From Eledone cirrhosa (Eukaryota): 64,000 nt of DNA. Position 1 is the stretch's first letter. The number at the start of each line of letters is the position of its first letter. The translations under genes were made by a program, and so were the position numbers. The DNA lies in the NCBI GenBank assembly GCA_964016885.1, contig OZ024740.1, positions 177,568,001 through 177,632,000 of the forward strand, in the 5' to 3' direction. Of this stretch, positions 56,038 through 64,000 are shown piece after piece. The notes beneath the pieces were generated by a model. That model saw only the letters and a list, made by a program, of their open reading frames with translations. It made no database searches and was not told the origin of the DNA.

Positions 56038-57202
56038 ATATATATATATATATATATGTTTCAAAAAGCGTTTTGAAATAACCTAGGTCAATTGCCAGCA
56101 TTAACAATAGCTATAATTACGGTTAAACCACTATAAACGACGCTCCGGGCTCTAACTGTGTCTATCCCTAATAAATCTCTATGTGGTTGTTTGACCTGTT
56201 ACAAATAATACCTAAATCGTCCTCAAAGCAAAATAGAAGGACACATCGGTCAATGAGTTCTTGGATGCTCTCTTTGAGGAAACATCGCTGAACGTGTCTG
56301 GAACCTCCATTGACCATAGGTTGGTGATCTCAGGTTTTATAAGGGACACAACATTGGGCACTACCCACTATCAACTATATCAAAACCTTCACTACCACAG
56401 AGAATGGCATAACATATTTCTCACTACCACTACCACCACCATCAATATCACACAACATCAATATCACCAACACTTTTATTACGAACGCAATCTAATTATA
56501 TTTCTACTCCTTCTACAGTCAATACTCTCACCAACACTTTACACCAACTGTACCCCCCACCCCACCTCCACCATGATCCATCAATAATACCATCGCACCT
56601 CCACAAAACGCACTCACAGCCACCTCCAAACCACAATTTATCAATTATGCCATTGCCACTACCACTCCAGTCAGTACAACTGGCGTGAGCACGTACACGT
56701 ACACACACACACACTGACACACATATATATATATATATTCATTACCACCGACATAGTCTGTCAATCACACGATCACACAATCACTATCATCACCATCACC
56801 AATCCGTTCAACTATATACCACCACCGTCACCACCACTGCCATTGCAGGTGACCGACAATGAAGATCTGAAGCAAAAAGAAAATAATTTGGAGTGGTAGA
56901 GTGTTAGAGAATGGTGGTAAAGTTTCAGGTAAATTATATTTACCCACTTTGAAATAAATATTTCTTTCTAACTTTCTAATATTGACAGAAGATCAGCGGT
57001 TTGGTGGATGAGAAACCCTCGATTATATCGATACCAGTAATTGACTGGTACTTTATTTTATCGACTCTGGAAAGATGAAAAGCAAAGTAACCTCGGTGGA
57101 ATTTGAATTCAGAATGTACAGAGCCCCAACAAATACTGCTACTTATGTGCTTGACATTCTAATGCCTCTTCCAATCTAGCACCCTCACCCCCCTGAAATA
57201 AT

Positions 57203-57388
57203 TGTTTCTACTTTTGGCACAAGGCCAGCAATTATTCCAGTGTATTACTGGTACTTTATTTTATCGAACCCGTAAAGGATGAAAGGCAAAGTTAACCTCG
57301 GCGGGATTTCAACTCAGACCATAAAGGGCCGTAACTCTTTGCTGCAAAGCATGGCGTTCGACCCTCTACCGATACTGCCAATCCACCG
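57203..57388 (-). mobile_element. SINE family A, full length
   Basis: TSD core TGAAATAAT at 57194-57202 and 57393-57401. An older copy is adjacent at about 56960-57170. Confidence 0.88.
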
Positions 57389-58216
57389 CCCTTGAAATAA
57401 TAGCACCATCACATACACTAACAGCCACAATATATACATGTTCCAGCGGACTAATCCCCACGCAGTCGCAGCTAACTGATAGAAATTGCAAGATAATCTC
57501 CATTAAATCACACCCTACAGTCTTAAAGAAAAGGATACATATGAAAATCTAGTCCTATATGATACTAAAAACACGAGATGGTCAAAGGCGGATTGCTTTT
57601 GATCATAACTCTGTTTAATTAGAGATGATCTAGGGCTAAACAACAAGAACGGCAGTACTGTGTCTAGCTGCAGAAGAGGGTCTCTACGTAGTCACTCGAC
57701 CTGCTAAAATAATATCCCATATCACCTTTAAATCACACCTTGTCGTCTTGGCTTAAACAAGATAAAACTCATTGGATAAACAAATAAGGTGGATCGAAAC
57801 GACGGGAAAGCTCAGAATCATAGATTATCTCTTAAGAACAGATAGAAGATTAAGCAACAAGCATTGTCAGAAGCATGATGGATATAACCAACAATACAAT
57901 ATTTCAGTATTACATTATTTCAAGAACTGCAATTGCCACTACACTACCATTGCCTTTAACACATTCACCATTAACAATACCCAGCGAATGAGCAAACGAA
58001 GGAGATTCTATGTGGTCACTGACCTTCTAGAAATAGCAGTCACGTTTCCTTAAATGCACCTTACCGTCATAAAAGAAATGGCACGTTGAACAAATGATAT
58101 ATAAAAAATACGTAATGTTCGCAGGTGCAACGCCTTTGAAAATAGGTTTCCTCAACTAATGCAAGCATGAATTATACAAGCCCCCCCCCCACACACACAC
58201 AACACAAACACACTCA

Positions 58217-58307
<91 letters not shown>

Positions 58308-58364
58308 TCCTGAAACAAAAACTTTGTGATTTTGCATCTGTGTTTGTCTTCTTTATTCTTAAAC

Positions 58365-58421
<57 letters not shown>

Positions 58422-58433
58422 AAAAAGAAGGTA

Positions 58434-58535
<102 letters not shown>

Positions 58536-59327
58536 GGGTAAGTGTATCTCTCTGCAAAAATGAATTGAAGTAGTTAGTAAATGTATTTCATTTTTCCCAT
58601 AATACATATTTATAACCTCACGATATTGGTACCTTGCACTACTTTGCTATGTTTAAACGCTACCAGTAAATTAAAACAATATCTTATTTAATATTATTTT
58701 TATTTTAGTTATAATAATTGAACGAGTTGTAAAACCTGATTTCATTGCTGGCTAACCCTCTATTGTATAGTTTTGTTTATTTAAAATAATCCCATAAAAC
58801 AGAGAAAATATGGACATATCTATAGCTCTGAGATTACAATTTTTAACGCAACACGAGTTCAATTGTCCTCTAGCATAACGATGAATCGAGGAATCATTGT
58901 GAAAGCAATTTAATTAACAGACTGTGCGAAAGCCATTCATGTGAAAATACACACACACATACACACACGCGCGCACAGCCACACACACACACACACACAC
59001 ACACATATTTCTTTTGTTCAAGGAAAGAAAACGCACCGGGAATGGAACGCACAACAATTTTTTTGTGTTGAAAGACAGGTGTCTTCACTTGCATATATAT
59101 ACACATATATAACAAAATATCGTTATAGGTAATCCAGTTAGAGGTTGTGAATACTTCTTATTATGGATAGTTTTAGCGTACGGCGTTGTTTGACTCAACA
59201 AGAGGTTTACGTAGGTGGCGAGTTTATGATTTCACTTGTATTCTTATGTAAGTTTATCTTGGAGTAATAAAATTGAAAAAGTGAAGAATAACATGGTCAA
59301 CAGTACAAAAAAAGGGATTTATTTACA

Positions 59328-59433
59328 GTCTAACAATTGTTTCACTGATTAAGTTGTCTAAAAATTGCTGAACACTAGAAGCAGTGCCACTCAATTTCAA
59401 ATACGATGTTAGCGTAATCAGATCACCAGAGAC
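59328..59433 (-). ncRNA. Hammerhead motif with variant core and 79-nt stem II domain
   Basis: Minus strand: gtct-CTGGTGA-t ctgatta...taatcag t-GAAA-caattg-TT-agac. Confidence 0.72.
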
Positions 59434-60832
59434 AACTACAAAAATATCCGGTAAATTTACAATATTCAAATTACAGCATCATTAATAATATTTATAATAA
59501 AGATAGAGAAAGAAAAAAAGAAAGAGAGATAGATAAAAGAAAGAAAGAAAAAGGAAAAAGAAAAAGAAAAAGGAGAAAGGAAAAAGAGAAAGGTATAGAG
59601 AGAAAAAAAGACATAGAGAAAGGAGGAGAGAAAGAGGAGAGAAAAGGATAAAGGAGAAATAACGGTAACGAAAAATAAAAATAAAGGGAAAATAATGATA
59701 TCAACAATAAATGAATAAATAATTAAATAAATAAATGTTAATACATGAATAAATGTAAATAAATAAATAAACAAGTTACATCGAGGATGATACAAAATAA
59801 TACAAAATATGAAAATAAATAAATAAGTAAAAATGGGCGAAGAAATTTAAACATATTAAGATTATTGAGAGTGGTTAAAATATAGAGATACGAAGGTATA
59901 AACATTATAATGTTAAATATATTTATGTGTGTATTGGTTATTTTAATAAATTAATTATATAATTAATTAATTATTTGATTAATTAGTTGTAAGTTATATT
60001 AGAAGTGAAAATGATATGATAAGATAGAGTAAGATAAAATAAGATAAAATGCCAGAGATGAAATAAATTTAGGGAGAGAAATAGAAAGATAGAAAGTGAA
60101 AGATAGAGATATATAAAATATGAATGTAAAATATAAAAGGTTATGTTGTTGGTTCATTGAGAGATGATGACAATTATAATAATAATAATAATGATGATAA
60201 TGGGATATTATAATAGATCTAAGTGGTACAATTTGGGTTATGGAATAGATTAGATGAATTAAGCTGGTCTAAAGTTCTCAAATTTGGTCGCCGTTTTATG
60301 CCTACAGAAAATAGTTCTTTCAATTTTACTGTTAAGTAGCATTTTGTTGTAATTTAAAATTTGGAAAAGCTCCATATTACAAAGACCTCAGTGGGACATG
60401 CCAATTCTATAGGCTATTGCTGTTGATAGCTTCGTCCATCTAATTTTATATTCCATGTTTGCATCTCTGAGTTGCCAGATTTTATTGGTGAGTGTTGTAT
60501 TCATGAGCTTCCTGTTATTCATAGAGTGTCTATGGACATATCACCTTTTCTTAAACTCCCCCGCTGTGGAACCAATGTAATGCTATGCTAAGCTACCCGA
60601 ATTTATAGTACATAGGTACACTATATATGACTCCAGGCATCTATTTTGTAATGGGCATTTGTCAGGTAGATGGCAGTTACATTTAAATGCTTTTCTATGT
60701 GCCGGTTCTTCGATATGGTTTTGTAAGTTATGTACGGGCTGAGAATTGGGTTTGTTGATGTATTGTGGTGATGCGTTCTGACGTGTGTTTGGTTGTGATG
60801 ATGTTATATGAAGTACCATAAGGGAAGGGAGA

Positions 60833-60878
60833 TAAGCAGATATATTTGTTTCACACTGTTGGTGTTCATCAGAGCTTA
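60833..60878 (-). ncRNA. Minimal hammerhead motif (stem III imperfect)
   Basis: Minus strand: taagct-CTGATGA-acac caaca gtgt-GAAA-caaatata-TC-tgctta. Confidence 0.68.
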
Positions 60879-61017
60879 GCACTCGCCGACCTTTGTTGAA
60901 AATTATAGAGGCTGGATTGTTATAGAATTCCAGTAATAATCAGGAACTGATTATACAGAGCGATTGCCGGTCCAGCAAACATTGAAAATTAGGATTGGTG
61001 CTCTGAAATAGCGATGT

Positions 61018-61199
61018 ATACATGAATGTATGTATAGTATATCTGGCGATATACTGTATGTTTAATTAAAAACATTTTGAAGACCTTGCGCTATTGAAAA
61101 AAGAAGGAAGTGACATAGTCAGTACTTTAAAATAACGCAAGGTCTTCAAAATGTTTTTAATTAAACATACAGTATATCGCCAGATATACTATACATACA

Positions 61200-61204
<5 letters not shown>
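61018..61204. repeat. Fold-back inverted repeat abutting (TA)n
   Basis: About 61022-61095 is the reverse complement of about 61132-61204. Same family as 46523-46945. Confidence 0.8.
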
Positions 61205-61264
<60 letters not shown>

Positions 61265-61558
61265 TCCCCCGGTGTTCGCAAGACTTACGTTCTTAAAGCA
61301 CCCGCGACGAGTGAAAAACTGCGAATATTGGCCGTGGTCAAAATATAGCGTAAAATATAGGCCGGCAAATACGGTATATTGTTATTAATAATGTAGCGTT
61401 AAAAAGCGTGAAAAAATATATATTGCCACGAAAAAAGCCATAAAAAAATTGCGGTAGATATTTGTGGTTCCACGAACAATTATTAGTTATGTTCCAAAAA
61501 AATTCCGCGAATAACCGAGACAGCTAATGCCGGGTGTACACTGTATATATATATATAT

Positions 61559-61599
<41 letters not shown>

Positions 61600-62170
61600 T
61601 CACTCACACATACACATACACACACACACACACACGCACACACACGCACACACACATATATATATATATCTGTGTGTGTGTATATATGCACACACACACA
61701 CACACTCTCTCTTTTTCTTTTTGTCCTGCCCACACAATTTCACGAGGAAGATTTATATACACAGGAAGAAAATGCTCATGCACCTAGCCCACCAATTATT
61801 AACAAATAAAAAAGCGTAATTTTAATTATTTATTTATTCCCCAGTATCATATAATGTCTAGCGGGGTTTTCACGTTCACACTGTTTTGCGCGCCTGTTTT
61901 ATGTACAGTATGTTTTTTAATGATATGACTCAAATCAACATTCTCTACTTTCTTTATTCCCCAATATTCAATGTTGTTATATATGTGTGAACGTCTAGAA
62001 TGTGCTATATACTAGCATATTAGGCAAGTGCCTAAGTATTGCGAGTGAAATTTGGTAGATGATGACATAACATGGAAAGACACGGTAACACATGTTTCGT
62101 TAAGAGAACTCATTATTAGTTGAGATCGCTCAAGGAAACGCGTGTTCCTGCGTTTCTCGCTGTAATGGCT

Positions 62171-62253
<83 letters not shown>

Positions 62254-62256
<3 letters not shown>

Positions 62257-62911
62257 GAATTTAGCTTCGAACATAGGTGTATACAAATATATATTTGAAT
62301 TTCGTATTTTTAAAGAAATACGGTATGTTTATAAATAAACATTTAGAAAGCCATAGCTATGAATAACACACTGGCAGCTAACGACACCAGGTGGTGTTCG
62401 GCAGAAGCAAGGGGAATAATCGTCGATGCATTTCGAACTCAACTGGTGATCGTCAGGACGATCTCTCCCGTTTTTGCAGCTGCTTGGTCGCATTAGCTGT
62501 GTTATTCATAGCTATGGCTTTGTAAATGTTTATTTATAAACATACCGTATTTATTTAGAAATACGAAATTGAAATGCATATTTGTATACAGCTATGTTCG
62601 AAGCTAAATTTTAATTTAATTCTATTATAAGTTGAGCCAACTTATACAGCTTCATAAGCAAATGAGATTAATCACCTCATTTACACAGACGAGAAAACTA
62701 AATATTTTCGCCTGTTTTCAAAGTCCGACAGTTGCAAGAGCGAGAGAGATCGTCCTGACTCGAACCAGTTGCGTTCGAAATGCATCGACGATTGTCCTCC
62801 TTGCTTCTGCCGGACACCGCCTGGTAGCGTTAGCTGCCAGTGTGTTATTCATAGCTATGGCTTTCTAAATGTTTATTTATAAACGTACCGTATTTCTTTT
62901 GAAATACGAAA

Positions 62912-62915
<4 letters not shown>
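62254..62915. mobile_element. Penelope-like fold-back element (three-part architecture) with two damaged hammerheads
   Basis: 62254-62468 is inverted relative to 62743-62915. 62499-62615 is a direct tail copy. Hammerheads at 62419-62462 (-) and 62749-62792 (+): atcgtc-core-gaac..gttc-GAAA-tgca-TC-gacgat. (TA)n on both sides. Confidence 0.8.
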
Positions 62916-62958
<43 letters not shown>

Positions 62959-63549
62959 GAAAGGTATAGAAATTGTTGTAGTGAGAAGCTAACAGTATTC
63001 CATAACATATATGCGGCTATAGCGTCAAAATGGGAAAAATAGTTAACGTAAGATGTAGGAAAAATAATTCAAACTCATCTCAAAAGAGAATCAGGATATA
63101 AATTCATCCACAGAATTTAGTGAAATCCAGGGAAAAATCAATAGAGCCTTAACTCATGATAAAATAAAGTCTAAAATAGTTATCCTTCAATTTGGAAAAA
63201 CATCAAATGCTCTGTATAGTCTTAAAGACTATTTCATGAAAACTTTCAGTGGAGATGGTTACGGTTGGATTTCAATCGTCAGCAGAGCTCAACTCGATAA
63301 CCAGGACTCTCACAGATTTATAAGCCAAAAAGGGAATTTTAAAACTGGCTAGTTCACCATCATGCGTGATTATGAAAAATGCACATGAGGAAAAACGGGG
63401 CTAGTGACGTCAGAATGAGGCGAATGTTTGTTTACAAGAAACAACAGTCAAATACATTCCGAATAAAACTCTACAAAAGGAGTTCAGCAAAAAGCAATAT
63501 TATCGCAGTTTTTATTAAAAAAACCGGGATTAGTCACAAATAATTTAAG

Positions 63550-63632
<83 letters not shown>

Positions 63633-64000
63633 TATTTGTTTGTGTGTCTGTGTGTTTATGTCCCGTAACATCGCATTTCACCAAAGTCTGGTCGATAAAA
63701 TGAGTACTAGACTTGAAAAATAAGTAACGGAGGTAGTGCCTTAGCATGATTGTACTATAATGATTGAAACAAGTAAAAAGAAAAGGAATGGAAATAAATA
63801 TAAAGAAAATGTATAGGTTTTTACTCTCAATATTATGCCATTATTAATCCTTCACAGTCTTTTTTTTTTCTTTCCTTTTCAGGGTTTCATGTTTTTATGA
63901 TATGGAATTCTGAATCTCATTAGTCTACAGCAGATTTCAAAGATATATATGAAGCGGAGAATTTAACTTTTCCAGCCTTCGCCAAAGTCTTTAATTAAAT

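Larger units (their letters stand above)
59260..60880 (-). mobile_element. Penelope-like element fragment: GIY-YIG with hammerheads up- and downstream
   Basis: CNCHLPDKCPLQNRCLESYIVY..*HYIGSTAGEFKKR at about 60540-60680, followed by a long low-complexity 3' region. Hammerheads at 60833-60878 and 59328-59433 on the same strand. Confidence 0.8.

Noticed and set aside
61262-61545. Possible pogo/Tigger-like MITE remnant
   Set aside because: Only one plausible terminus (..GGGTGTACACTG-TA). The matching left TIR was not found.

Overview
Repeat-dense, AT-rich animal genomic DNA. The microsatellite load, SINE types and polyQ-rich coding style suggest a cephalopod/octopus, but this is inference only. 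One intact host gene is supported: an intronless achaete-scute (ASCL/ASH) bHLH gene at 21007-22845 (+) with very long polyQ and polyN tracts. The rest is mostly mobile DNA: a decayed, near full-length CRE-clade RT+RLE non-LTR retrotransposon with an N-terminal PHD finger (about 6471-9600) plus two 3' fragments, a non-coding LTR element with PBS and 4-bp TSD (52574-55345), a hAT MITE, many tRNA-type SINEs whose TSDs all start ATTAT, an R4/Dong-like remnant, and four Penelope-like GIY-YIG fragments. The main signal not visible in the ORF track is about 20 intact or decayed minimal type-I hammerhead ribozyme motifs (stem I-CUGANGA-stem II-GAAA-palindromic mini stem III-NUH-stem I'). They lie in the termini of many distinct Penelope-like element families that abut (TA)n tracts and often form fold-back inverted repeats, three of them with the same three-part architecture. 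Most other long ORFs in the track are microsatellite artefacts. All motif calls were made by eye; none was confirmed by database search or folding software.
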